Positions 26,750 to 38,952 of a DNA stretch of 64,000 nt are shown here, piece by piece. A program made the translations under genes and the position numbers. The stretch is from Octopus bimaculoides (taxonomy: Eukaryota), in assembly GCF_001194135.2 (NCBI RefSeq), contig NC_068988.1, positions 93,183,306 through 93,247,305 on the forward strand. The letters are read 5' to 3'. How positions within the stretch are numbered: the stretch's first letter is position 1; each line of letters begins with the position of its first letter. Under the pieces are notes generated by a model. The model did not search any database, had not been told where the DNA came from, and saw only the letters and a list, made by a program, of their open reading frames with translations.

Positions 26750-28878
26750 TTATATATATATAATTATATATAATTATATATATGTATATATTTATACATA
26801 CATATTATGTGTGTGTTGTTACATACTTTAAACAAATCTGGTGACTCGCATTCTTTGAATATCATTTTATTCTGTTAATCGAAAATAATTGTGGTAGTTT
26901 GTGGAGTTTAGTTATCGCATGTTTATTTTTTGAGGATTATTTTATTTGGCAGAACAGACGTACACATAAAACATGTATACAAACATAAAGCGCATACATA
27001 TGTATGTGTGTATTTGTGCGCGAAATATGTACATACATAAATTCACACATACATACGTCAATATTGGTTGAGAATTTGATAAATTCCAAAGAGGTAACAT
27101 GATATTCCTCACCGCAAAATCATGTTACAAGTATTTTTACAATTAAGGTTTAGATAGAATATATTAGTATTATTTTAGTTGGCGTTGGAGCTGATACTTT
27201 TCGTGTTGTCCTTATTTAACCCCAGGTCAGCCAAGATTGAGCAGCTTATAAATAGGGCCCCTTTTTAACATCATTGTAGACCCCCGCCTGGCCGAAGTTA
27301 TGCACTTGGCCCTTTAGTATTAACTTACTGACGACGGGCCTTAGCATTCATAGATTAACCATTGAGTCCCTAGAAACGGGGTACCTCAGAGTAACAACCC
27401 ATTGCTTTCAGCGCCTGCCTATGATCAAAAGGTGTCCAATCGTGACCACATGTTGAGTAGTAAACTGTCCTTTGTGTTCTGTGCATGTAGAACATTTTGA
27501 TGGAGTTTTAACTGCTATTTCTAGCAGATCGGATCACGTAGAGATTGTCTCGATGCTGCTTGTTGGTAGTGATGTGGGTGATGTGGGGGTAATATTTTAG
27601 GTGTTAAAAGGAAAGAGAGATTATTAAGCGCATTATCATTACTGTTAATGTGGTTTCCCATTATTTAATTTTATTTAATATTTCAAAACGATTAAAAAAA
27701 AATCATTAATATAGTGCTTATTAATTAAATTAAAACCCCGTCATTAAGGAAAAGAACAACTTATAATAAAACTTGACATTTATTTTGTTATTACTTTTCA
27801 GGTTGGCTTTTTCAATTACTTTGACATTTCCCTCTTCACGTTAAGACATAACTTATAGAAACACTATTCTGTCTGTAGTAGCTACTAGAAAAGAGGGAAA
27901 AAACAAATAAATAAACCCTTCTTTGCTATCAGCAGTGGAATTTTTACTCTATCTTTACAACACGTGGGCTGTGTTAACGTATTTACAAGTAAGGGAGGGA
28001 AAAATAAATAAAATAGTCATCACATCTTTTTTTTTTGTCATTTTTTTAAAACGTTTTATTGATGGAATTTCTTAACAAAAACTCTTTCATTTCTTTACAA
28101 TGAAATTGTTTTAATATTACAAAATGTTTCATCCGCATTAATATTACAAACTAAGGAGTAGTTTGTTTCAATGTTATCATTTTGTTGTCAGATAGCCAAG
28201 GAATGCCAGTGAACATTGAAAGAAGAACAGCAAGATGATTTAGAAGTTCTTTAGCGTAGGTTATAAAAACGAAGAACTATTCTCTATAATCCCTTCACAT
28301 ATAAGAAACCTAACATCGTTATCTCATAACGCTTCCTCGGTATACAACTGTTGTTTGTTAAATCAATGGAATTCACACAAAGGTTCATAGAACCCAGACG
28401 AACCCAGAAACTTCCCAAACAACTTGATTCTAAATTCTTGCAACACTACCCCCCCCCCCGCTCCAGTGTCTCAGTTATCAAATCTGGGCGTTTCCTGATT
28501 ACAGGGTTTTGGTTGAAATTTAGCTTAAATATTCACTGCCCTTGTTTTGTAATTCCATTCATATCTTGGCTATTTCATAGGAATATTGAATAGACTCAGG
28601 TACTTGACCGGTACCTTGAAAGATGAAAGACAAAGATGGACTCGACAAGATTTGAACTCAGGATATAAAGGAGCTCTAACTAAATACTGCAAGAAATTTT
28701 TGTCCAATTCTACCATATCCAGTCTTAATCAAAACTGAGATTGGCAAAGAAAATTTTAATTAGTCAAGACCTTACATGCATTTTGAAGAGAATGGTAACT
28801 TTTGGATCAAATCTCAAAGTTGATCAAGACAGACAGAGCTGACAACTCCAAATTTCAACCTCAAAAATCAGTTGGCAA

Positions 28879-28986
28879 CATATTAATGTCAATTGACATA
28901 TTAATGTCAATTGACATATTAATGTCAATTGACATATTAATGTCAATTGACATATTAATGTCAATTGACATATTAATGTCAATTGA
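28879..28986. repeat. 18-bp x6 perfect minisatellite (CATATTAATGTCAATTGA)
   Basis: Six exact copies, direct count. Confidence 0.95.
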
Positions 28987-30005
28987 TAAAGAGAATTGTC
29001 ATGCAGTGTGTGTGGGGGAGGATACAGAAAACTTTTGGCAAGCATGGTGACAACTTTGGACATGTTTCACTCTTATCAGACCAATGTGGCCCTAGTCCAA
29101 TGTGTGAAATAAGATAAAAAGACAGGCACAAGACTAGAAATTTTTGCTGAGAGGAGTCAGTTAGATCAATGCCTGTACATGACTGGTATTTTATTCCATC
29201 GACCCTGGAGGATGAAAGCAAAACTGACTTTGGTAGGACTCGTAGCAGGACAAAACTTTACAGTAAGGAACGGTGGGGGCGGGGGGAGTTAGGATTTTGT
29301 TTTGAGTGTTGCCCAAAAGGACATGTTCTATTTATTCTAAGTTTGCTGTAGCAGACCAAATGCATATGAAATGGTAATGCTGTGGAACTACTGGAAATAA
29401 AATAACGTTATTATATTTGGTGTCAGCTCGGCTAGAAAGGGTGTTGTGCTGGCAACTAGAGCAACACCCCAGCATCCACCACTGGGAATATTGTCCTGAA
29501 CTTTAATGATTCTACCAATCTACTACTCTCTAGAATAATAAAGGCAAGATGGACTGAACAAGACAAGACCAGAGAGGCGACATGGAGAAGAGGCATTGAA
29601 GAGGTCACAGATGTGTGACGAAAGAACTTTGACAAATAAACTAATAATGATAATAATCCTTTCTACTGAAGGCCCAAGGCCTGAAATTTTGGGGGAGGGG
29701 ACTAGTTGATTACAGTAACTTCAGTATGCAACTGGTACTTAATTCATCGACCTCGAAAGGATGAACGATAAAGTCAACCTTGGAGGAATTTGAACTCTGA
29801 ATATGGAGACAGACGAAATGCCTCTAAACATTTTTCCCTTTGTGCTAATAATTCTGCCGGCTCACTGCCTTAAACTAATAATAATGATAAAACTAAAGTG
29901 GGGATCAAATAAATAATGTGTTTATTTATTGGTGAAATGACCGTCCCCAAATATAAAATAATTATTGGTAAATTGTTATATTAAGGAATGACAACAGAAG
30001 ATAAC

Positions 30006-30327
30006 GAGCACTCAGAGAGCGCAAACCTCCTCCAAGGCAGTACCAACGTCCTCTCAACGATTAGCCAGGGATGATTTTTAAAATGAGAATATTTGAAATA
30101 AACTCGACTGCTCTCACAAACAAGAATACTAAAAATGAAACCAACCGCTCTCAGAAATTAAGTAAAAAAACAGGGAAAATAACCCAGAACCCTTGTCCAG
30201 TACCCGATTGCTCCCAGAATCTAATCAGTTTGTGCCAGTCATAAGGCCAAACATCCCTGAATGTTTCATCAGAATCCATCCAGTGGTTCTTGAGATATCT
30301 TGCCCATGAACAAACACGACAGTAAAC
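30006..30327 (-). mobile_element. Second HINE/DINE-1-like copy, cut by a gap
   Basis: Collinear with 40850-41209; GCACTCAGAGAGCGC hairpin and AAACCTCC subterminal repeat. Confidence 0.65.
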
Positions 30328-30605
30328 NNNNNNNNNNNNNNNNNNNNNNNNNNNNNNNNNNNNNNNNNNNNNNNNNNNNNNNNNNNNNNNNNNNNNNNNN
30401 NNNNNNNNNNNNNNNNNNNNNNNNNNNNNNNNNNNNNNNNNNNNNNNNNNNNNNNNNNNNNNNNNNNNNNNNNNNNNNNNNNNNNNNNNNNNNNNNNNNN
30501 NNNNNNNNNNNNNNNNNNNNNNNNNNNNNNNNNNNNNNNNNNNNNNNNNNNNNNNNNNNNNNNNNNNNNNNNNNNNNNNNNNNNNNNNNNNNNNNNNNNN
30601 NNNNN

Positions 30606-30882
30606 GCACAAGAGCCAGTCCAGGGGCACTGGCAACGATCTAGCTCGAAAATCCCACAAAGGCCAGCCAGGTGGCACTGGCAACGGTCACGCTCAAAATG
30701 GTGCATTTCATGTGTCACCTGCACAAAAGCCAGTCCAGGGGCACTGGCAACGATCTCGCTCGAAAATCCCACAAAGGCCAGCCAGGCGGCACTGGCAACG
30801 GTCACGCTCAAAATGGTGCATTTCATGTGTCACTTGCACAAGAGCCAGTCCAGGGGCACTGGCAACGATCTCGCTCGAAAAA
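30606..30882. repeat. 115-bp tandem array derived from RTE 3' UTR subrepeats
   Basis: GCACAA(G/A)AGCC recurs at 30606, 30721 and 30836. Confidence 0.9.
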
Positions 30883-30967
30883 TTTTGATAATAAAACTAA
30901 AATGGCGATCAAATAAATAGTGTGTTTATTTATAGGCGAAATGACCATACCCAAAGATAAAACAATA

Positions 30968-31200
30968 TATCATCATCATCGTCGTCATTTAACGTCTGCT
31001 TTCCATGCTGGCATGGGTTGGACGGTTTGACTGAGGGCTGACGAGCCAGAAGGCTGCATCAGGCTTCAATCCAATCTGGCTATGTTTCTACAGCTGGATG
31101 CCCTTCCTAATGCCAACCACTCTGAGAGTGTAGTGGGTGCTTTTTACCTGCCACTGGCATGAGGTCCAGTCAGGAGGTACTGACATTGGTCACGCTTGCT
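30968..31200 (-). mobile_element. RTE 3' UTR copy
   Basis: (CAT)n TTTAACGTCTGCTTTCCATGC... on the plus strand. Confidence 0.75.
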
Positions 31201-31281
31201 AAATTGCTATACTGAGGAATGACCACAGAAGATAATAATCTGGGAAATTATCCAGGGGTACCGTCTGCATGGAAACTATGT

Positions 31282-32974
31282 TATTGTTGGCACTCCGTCG
31301 CTTATGACGTCGAGGGTTCCAGTTGATCTGNNNNNNNNNNCACTCAGAGAGTGTAGTGGGTGCTTTTACGTGTCACCTGCACGAAAGCCAATCAGGCGGT
31401 AATTGGCAATGGCCACGCTCAAAATGGTGCAATTTATGTGCCACCCGCACAAGAGCCAGTCCAGGGGCACTGGCAACAATCTCGCTCGAAAATCCCACAA
31501 AGGCCAGCCAGGCGGCACTAGCAACGGTCACACTCAAAATGGTGCATTTCATGTGTCACCTGCACAAGAGCCAGTCCAGGGGCACTGGCAACGATCTCGC
31601 TCGAAAATCCCACAAAGGCCAGCCAGGTGGCACTGGCAACGGTCACGCTCNNNNNNNNNNNNNNNNNNNNNNNNNNNNNNNNNNNNNNNNNNNNNNNNNN
31701 NNNNNNNNNNNNNNNNNNNNNNNNNNNNNNNNNNNNNNNNNNNNNNNNNNNNNNNNNNNNNNNNNNNNNNNNNNNNNNNNNNNNNNNNNNNNNNNNNNNN
31801 NNNNNNNNNNNNNNNNNNNNNNNNNNNNNNNNNNNNNNNNNNNNNNNNNNNNNNNNNNNNNNNNNNNNNNNNNNNNNNNNNNNNNNNNNNNNNNNNNNNN
31901 NNNNNNNNNNNNNNNNNNNNNNNNNNNNNNNNNNNNNNNNNNNNNNNNNNNNNNNNNNNNNNNNNNNNNNNNNNNNNNNNNNNNNNNNNNNNNNNNNNNN
32001 NNNNNNNNNNNNNNNNNNNNNNNNNNNNNNNNNNNNNNNNNNNNNNNNNNNNNNNNNNNNNNNNNNNNNNNNNNNNNNNNNNNNNNNNNNNNNNNNNNNN
32101 NNNNNNNNNNNNNNNNNNNNNNNNNNNNNNNNNNNNNNNNNNNNNNNNNNNNNNNNNNNNNNNNNNNNNNNNNNNNNNNNNNNNNNNNNNNNNNNNNNNN
32201 NNNNNNNNNNNNNNNNNNNNNNNNNNNNNNNNNNNNNNNNNNNNNNNNNNNNNNNNNNNNNNNNNNNNNNNNNNNNNNNNNNNNNNNNNNNNNNNNNNNN
32301 NNNNNNNNNNNNNNNNNNNNNNNNNNNNNNNNNNNNNNNNNNNNNNNNNNNNNNNNNNNNNNNNNNNNNNNNNNNNNNNNNNNNNNNNNNNNNNNNNNNN
32401 NNNNNNNNNNNNNNNNNNNNNNNNNNNNNNNNNNNNNNNNNNNNNNNNNNNNNNNNNNNNNNNNNNNNNNNNNNNNNNNNNNNNNNNNNNNNNNNNNNNN
32501 NNNNNNNNNNNNNNNNNNNNNNNNNNNNNNNNNNNNNNNNNNNNNNNNNNNNNNNNNNNNNNNNNNNNNNNNNNNNNNNNNNNNNNNNNNNNNNNNNNNN
32601 NNNNNNNNNNNNNNNNNNNNNNNNNNNNNNNNNNNNNNNCAACGGAACAGCCTGCTCGTGAAATTAACGTGTAAGTGGCTGAGCACTCCACAGACACGTG
32701 TACCCTTAATGTAGTTCTCGGGGATATTCAGCATGACTCAGTGTGACGAGGTTGACCCTTTGAATTACAGGCACAACAGAAACAGGAAGTAAAAGTGAGA
32801 GAAAGTTGTGGTGGAAGAGTACAGCAGGGTTCGCGACCACCCCTTGCCGGAGCCTCGTGGAGCTTTAGGTGTTTTCGCTCAATAGACACTTACAACGCCT
32901 GGTCTGGGAATCGAAACCGTGATCCTATGACCACGAGTCCGCTGCCCTAACCACTGGGCCATTGCGCCTCCACA
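31282..32974 (-). mobile_element. tRNA-derived SINE split by gaps and an RTE-derived array
   Basis: Head/body 32640-32974, tail 31282-31330, exact 14-bp TSD CATGGAAACTATGT at 31268-31281 and 32975-32988. Confidence 0.85.
31341..31650. repeat. 115-bp tandem array, second block between gaps
   Basis: Units at 31447 and 31562, preceded by RTE UTR sequence. Confidence 0.88.
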
Positions 32975-33814
32975 CATGGAAACTATGTAGTGAAGTAAGC
33001 ACTAATACACTTAACATGGTGAGCAGGAAAAAATTTGAATTAATCAAGATTCCACCAATATTTGGTGCTTCAATTCAATATTGTTGAGGTTGGTCAGTTG
33101 AAGCTGAACCCATACTGGCTTAAAAGGCTACTCCATATGACACATGTGCAGCTCAATCGTCTCCGCTAAACAAGCTTTCTTCACATGCATATGCACACAC
33201 GCACGCACGCAAATATCTGTGCATATGTACAAACACACAATGCCCACACGCGCACCTCTATATGATGATGGCCATCACTCAACATTAACCATGCTTCCCC
33301 ATTGTTTTATTATTCAAACAAACTGGTTCATGGACAGTAGAATATATCGTTCTTGACAGAAATGTCGTTCAAATGACATGTTTATGATATTAGTCGTGAC
33401 ATTTCTTTGAAACACACACACATCTCTCTCTCCCTCCCCCCCCTTCTCTCTCTCTAGCCACTGATAATCTGTTCTGTAGTTGATCAGTAGTGGACATTAT
33501 TAATTGAATTCATTTTGTTTGACCGATGCCGAGTTTCAACATAGACCAAGAAGACTTCTACACCTTGAGTTTTAATGATGTCTTATGAATGGTTGTTAAC
33601 CTTTCATACGGAGCTTGTGTTTCTCCAGTTTATTGTAAAATGAATAAAATGAAGAGAAGTTGCGAGTTTACCCATTGAAAACTTGTTATGTGGTGGCTTA
33701 TGTGCTTCTATGGCCCTGAGAACTATACTAACAAAGTAAAAGTTCCTGGTAGGGAAGTTGGTAGGGGGCTTCTGAACGGAGCAAGTCGAGAGATAGGGGT
33801 CCAAACTGACATGG

Positions 33815-34040
33815 ACCATCTCTACCCAGCGTGGTTGTGTGGTAAGAAGTTTGTTTCCCAACCACATGGTTTTGGGTTCGGTCCCACTGCATGGCACCAG
33901 GCCGACCAAAGCTTTTGTGAGTGGATGTGGTTGATGGAAACTGAAAGAAGCCCATTGTATACATACATACACGTGTGTGTGTGTGTATATATGTGTGTGT
34001 GTGTATGTGTGTACATGTGTGTGTGTATATGTGTGTACAA

Positions 34041-34073
<33 letters not shown>

Positions 34074-35075
34074 CGTGTATGTATATGTGTGTGTGTATAT
34101 ATATGCTTATTCTATATATGATACTTATTCTATCAGTCTCTTACGCTGAACTGCTATGTTATGGAGATGCAAACAAACCAACACCAGTTGTTAAGTGGCA
34201 GTCAGGGAGAAACACAAAGATAAAGACATATTCTGGCTTATGCTTACAGTGAGTTGCCTTTAGCAAGATTTGACCCAATTAGTATGAGGCCACAAGAATC
34301 ACATCCCTAACTTCACAGCCATATTTTAACATAAATTAAAGGAGAAATATTCATAAAACTTTAGGTATGAAATGTACCCTGCCTTGACTCCCTCCCATTA
34401 TCCCCTATAATATTCCCTGCCCTACAATATTCCCCAGCTGTCATACACATGACTTGGCTACCGTTCACTCAATGTGCCATTGCTATTACAGAACACCTTA
34501 CTCAATTGTTTGCTGTCTATTGCATCATCCAACTGCACGCTTGACTGCACTTCCTGCTTATAAAACACTGAGTGTTATACTGCATGCACTTACTGCATGC
34601 ACTTACTGCATGCACTTACTGCATGCACTTACTGCTTTACAAAACTCTATATGTGATCGTTAATACAATGTGGTCCTCACAGCATTCCATGTAACTGCTC
34701 TAGACATGTGGGTGCGTACAATGTGGCACTAAGCTAGATTATTTAAAGCAGGTATTATCCAGTACATACAATCACTTACGCTGTAGTTCTATGTTCAGCC
34801 AGAGATTATTGAAGCTACTCAATCACAACCATGATAACCTTCATCACAACAAAGACAGTGACACCTGTAATCAGAACTCTTAAGCAATATAGTATTGTCC
34901 CCCCAACTTCGCTTGACAACCGATGTTGGTGTGTTTACGTCCCCGTAACTTAGCGGTTCGGCAAAAGAGACCGATAGAATAAGTACTAGGCTTCTAAAGA
35001 ATAAGTCCTGGCGTTGATTTGCTCGACTAAAGGCGGTGCTCCAGCATGGCCGCAGTCAAATGACAAACAAATAAA
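33815..35075. mobile_element. Fragments of the most abundant SINE (GGCTGTGTGGTAAGAAG head; GGTGCTCCAGCATGGCCGCAG tail)
   Basis: Head 33815-33960, microsatellite, body/tail pieces to 35075. Further copies near 8215, 9065, 42355, 43125, 46075, 47305, 49800, 53740, 54000. Confidence 0.7.
34579..34635. repeat. 13-bp x4.4 minisatellite (ACTGCATGCACTT)
   Basis: Direct count. Confidence 0.92.
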
Positions 35076-36401
35076 AGAGTAACAGAATAATGTTGATGGT
35101 TATAGGTTTACACAGGGTCAAGTCACCTGACAGCTGCATTTTCAATGGCAGCAGGCTAACAAATGAATATCAGATTGAATACCACAAGGTATTTTTTGAA
35201 TGCACAAGTTTATCACTTTTGTTCTGAGCTAATGTGAATGTCTTTCAGCAAAAGATAAACACACACACACACATTATGGCATAGTACAAGCCTCTCTAAC
35301 ATTAACAGGATATATAAGTACATACATGTGTGTGTGTGTGTGTGTGTGTGCATGCATGCATGTGTGTGTATATATTTATCCATGCACACACACACACCTG
35401 CTGCTCTATTGAACCGGATCTCTCGCATTTAGCTTGTCTCTGGGCTTCTTGGTTTTGCTGCTAAGATTCGTTGTGGTGTTGTGCAGGCTGCATTTGATTT
35501 AAAACTCTTGCACAGGTGTAGACAACACTTACCTGTCAACAATGGTCATGCTTGTCTAACCAGTTGACAGCCATCACACGCACACGCATACACACACAGT
35601 TAGGATGTTAAACTCACACTTTGGTTAATAATATAGTCTCCATCATTGTAATTCCTGCTCTTTGGAAGGATGGTGATTTAATTTATCAACCTATGCTAAT
35701 TAGATATTACTACATATTCTTCTTTTATATGTGTGTGAATATATGTGTATATATATGTGCGTGTTGTGTATATATGTGTATATATATATGTATATGTATA
35801 TGTATATATACATATATGTATATATACATATATGNNNNNNNNNNNNNNNNNNNNNNNNNNNNNNNNNNNNNNNNNNNNNNNNNNNNNNNNNNNNNNNNNN
35901 NNNNNNNNNNNNNNNNNNNNNNNNNNNNNNNNNNATATGTGTATATATATGTGTATATATATATATACATATGTGTATATATATTTCATTTGAAACACAT
36001 CCCCTATAATTCTCTGAATCCTCCTATTGGCCAGTGACAAGCATAATTTTTTTTCTCGAGTGGTTTCTATGATTGTGGGTTTTTTTCTCTTTTTATCTCC
36101 ATTTACTTTCAGGGTAAAGAGGATGGAAGTTACTTATGAATTGGTTTTTCACAGAATAACTTGCAGATGATGTAGCAGGAATTTCACGACTGCTGCACTA
36201 TTACGTGTCATAAATTCAAAAGTTAAATTTGCAGATGCTTTTCTTCATCATCTAATATCTGTTTTTCCATGCTGCCATGGGTTGGACAGTTTGACCAGAG
36301 CTTGCAAGCTCACTAGCTGAATCGGGTTCTACTTTGATTGGCTTTGTTTCTACAGCTGGATGCCCTTTCTAGCATCAACCACTTTGCAGTTTGCTGAGGA
36401 C

Positions 36402-37035
36402 TTTTTATGCGACACCAGTACAGGTGCCTTTTATGCGACACCAGCATGGGTGCCTTTTATACTACTCCAGCGTGGTTCACCTTTTACGCGACTCCAGCGC
36501 GGGTCGTCTTTTACGCGACTCCAGCGCGGGTCGTCTTTTACGCGACTCCAGCGCGGGTCCTCTTTTACGCGACTCCAGCGCGGGTCNNNNNNNNNNNNNN
36601 NNNNNNNNNNNNNNNNNNNNNNNNNNNNNNNNNNNNNNNNNNNNNNNNNNNNNNNNNNNNNNNNNNNNNNNNNNNNNNNNNNNNNNNNNNNNNNNNNNNN
36701 NNNNNNNNNNNNNNNNNNNNNNNNNNNNNNNNNNNNNNNNNNNNNNNNNNNNNNNNNNNNNNNNNNNNNNNNNNNNNNNNNNNNNNNNNNNNNNNNNNNN
36801 NNNNNNNNNNNNNNNNNNNNNNNNNNNNNNNNNNNNNNNNNNNNNNNNNNNNNNNNNNNNNNNNNNNNNNNNNNNNNNNNNNNNNNNNNNNNNNNNNNNN
36901 NNNNNNNNNNNNNNNNNNNNNNNNNNNNNNNNNNNNNNNNNNNNCTTTTACGCGACTCCAGCGCGGGTCGCCTTTTACGCGACTCCAGCGCGGGTCGCCT
37001 TTTACGCGACTCCAGCGCGCGTTGCCTTTTATGTA
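36402..37035. repeat. 27-bp CpG-rich minisatellite (CTTTTACGCGACTCCAGCGCGGGTCGY) spanning a gap
   Basis: Units on both sides of gap 36587-36944; continues directly from an RTE UTR copy (36245-36401). Confidence 0.9.
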
Positions 37036-38952
37036 GCCTGAAATGAGTGTCTTTTACATGTTTGCCAGTACGGGTAATTTGTATGTGACGTCCAGGTGTT
37101 CTGGAACTTTCTATTTAGTGAAGACTTTACTAATTACTTTCTTTTAGTAAAAGTTACATATTCCAAACTAATTAGTAACTGCTTTATTACAGTATAGATT
37201 ACTGCTTTAGTCTTGGGACTTAAATTGTTTTTCCATGTGAGCTTTCTGAGATTCATCAGTAAGGGGTTTGAAATTTGAATCCAGATGAAATTTTACCTTT
37301 CAATGAGGGATTCGTCACCACCTCAGGTCTTGATATTTGGGAATTGTTAATGTATGGAATTTCATTCATTCACTTTTCCAGCATGAAAGAGATAGAACTG
37401 TTTAACAGACAGTCCTAGTCTGCCTGATTCCATCATTATATATGTCCATGTGATGACCTGAACTCAGAATTACCAGCTAACAAAACATTTGTGAATTATG
37501 TGGTGCTCCTGCTACTTGCAGTCGTCAGTTATCGTTTTTCTTTTACTTGTTTTAGTTATTGGACTGCAGCAGAGGCATAGCCCGCTTCTAAAGTTAGCAA
37601 GAGTGAGCACATAAAAAAATGGTGATCCCAATCAATTTTAACCTCATTTCTGTTATATTACATGAAATATTTCGTTAGTTATAATATATATAATTGTATT
37701 CTACACTCATAAATTTCACGTTTCAGTTACACTGCCATTACATATGAATGTTGTCTCTACTGATATGTGGATGATAATGAAACTCTTCCGGATCATTCAG
37801 TGTTGAGAAGTTATGATGTTGGGGTATGTTTTGGTTCAGACCACCAACACATCACCTGGGATTAAGCAGACAGTTCAAAGAGCATAGGAGGTTGGTCATG
37901 GCTGCAAAATGCATTTCTTAGCAACAGAGCCATACCTGTTGTCCTTATCTGCTTCCCTGTGCAATCACACACTTTTTACATTACCAGGATGTGAAATGAC
38001 ATCTGGTGACACTCTTGGTAAGTGCTAAGAACTTGTTAAGGGATTTTCATTAGATAATCCCTTATCGTATCTGCCAGATATCGGTAAGTAGTCCAAACTT
38101 ATCTACTTGGGTACAGAGAATACATGAAAAAAAAAACACCAACACAAATGCTACAACAGTGTGTCTAATGCTGTGGCAGTTTCGCCAATCTTCTGCCCCA
38201 GGGTGGTACCTTATTTCATTGACCCTTGAAGGACAAAAGTCATAGTGACCCGAGAGGGATTTGTACTGGGATCGATTTGTTTCAAGGTGGTGCTCCAGCA
38301 TGGCCACAATCCAGCAACTGGAACAAATAAAACATAAAAAGATAAATGCAGTTCTACTAGTACAAAACAACAGCAAGGTTTATGGATGGAGTACCACCAC
38401 CATCACTGCCAACAACAACATTTACAATGAGGTGTCAAAGACCTCACTGAAAAACATTCAGTGAAAAAACCTGGCAATGGGATATGAATGGTTCAGTCAA
38501 TGGCAGCCCTAGTTCAATTTAGACCAGTTCACAACCAGGATCTACATTCCTCATGGGGTTCCATATAAGATTTTGTTACTAAAGTTTATGTGCAATAAAT
38601 TGGTTATGGTTCTGCAAAGCACAAAATATTTTAACAATTTTTGGTACAATTCCTGATAATATTTAATTTTAAAAATACTACAGGGCCAGCTGAACCCATG
38701 GAAATTCCATGGTATAAGTGTCTGCATAGAGTTTCAAAAAATTCTATTGTTATCCTGCCATTTAATGAACACAATGTTTTTAAATATAATTGAAATGAAT
38801 TTTGAAGGTATGGCTTATTTACCTCCTCATAATACATTTGATAGATGTGGTGTGCTTTAAGTTTTTATCTTTTTAATTCATCTTTTTATTTCCTTAAACT
38901 GTATTCATATATATTGATATAAAAATAATAATAATGATAATAATAATAATAA

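Noticed and set aside
30151-32734. Long ORFs of 150-460 aa
   Set aside because: Mostly X from N gaps; the real parts are tandem-repeat sequence. The same applies at 12782-13487, 36360-37046 and 39432-40281 apart from the RTE piece.
28879-37035. CRISPR-like appearance of the 18-, 27- and 115-bp arrays
   Set aside because: Head-to-tail repeats without unique spacers, no cas genes, and a eukaryotic context.
37825-37930. RQFKEHRR, reminiscent of a Penelope GIY-YIG endonuclease
   Set aside because: Too short, upstream YxG motif out of frame; needs a tBLASTn hit to be credible.
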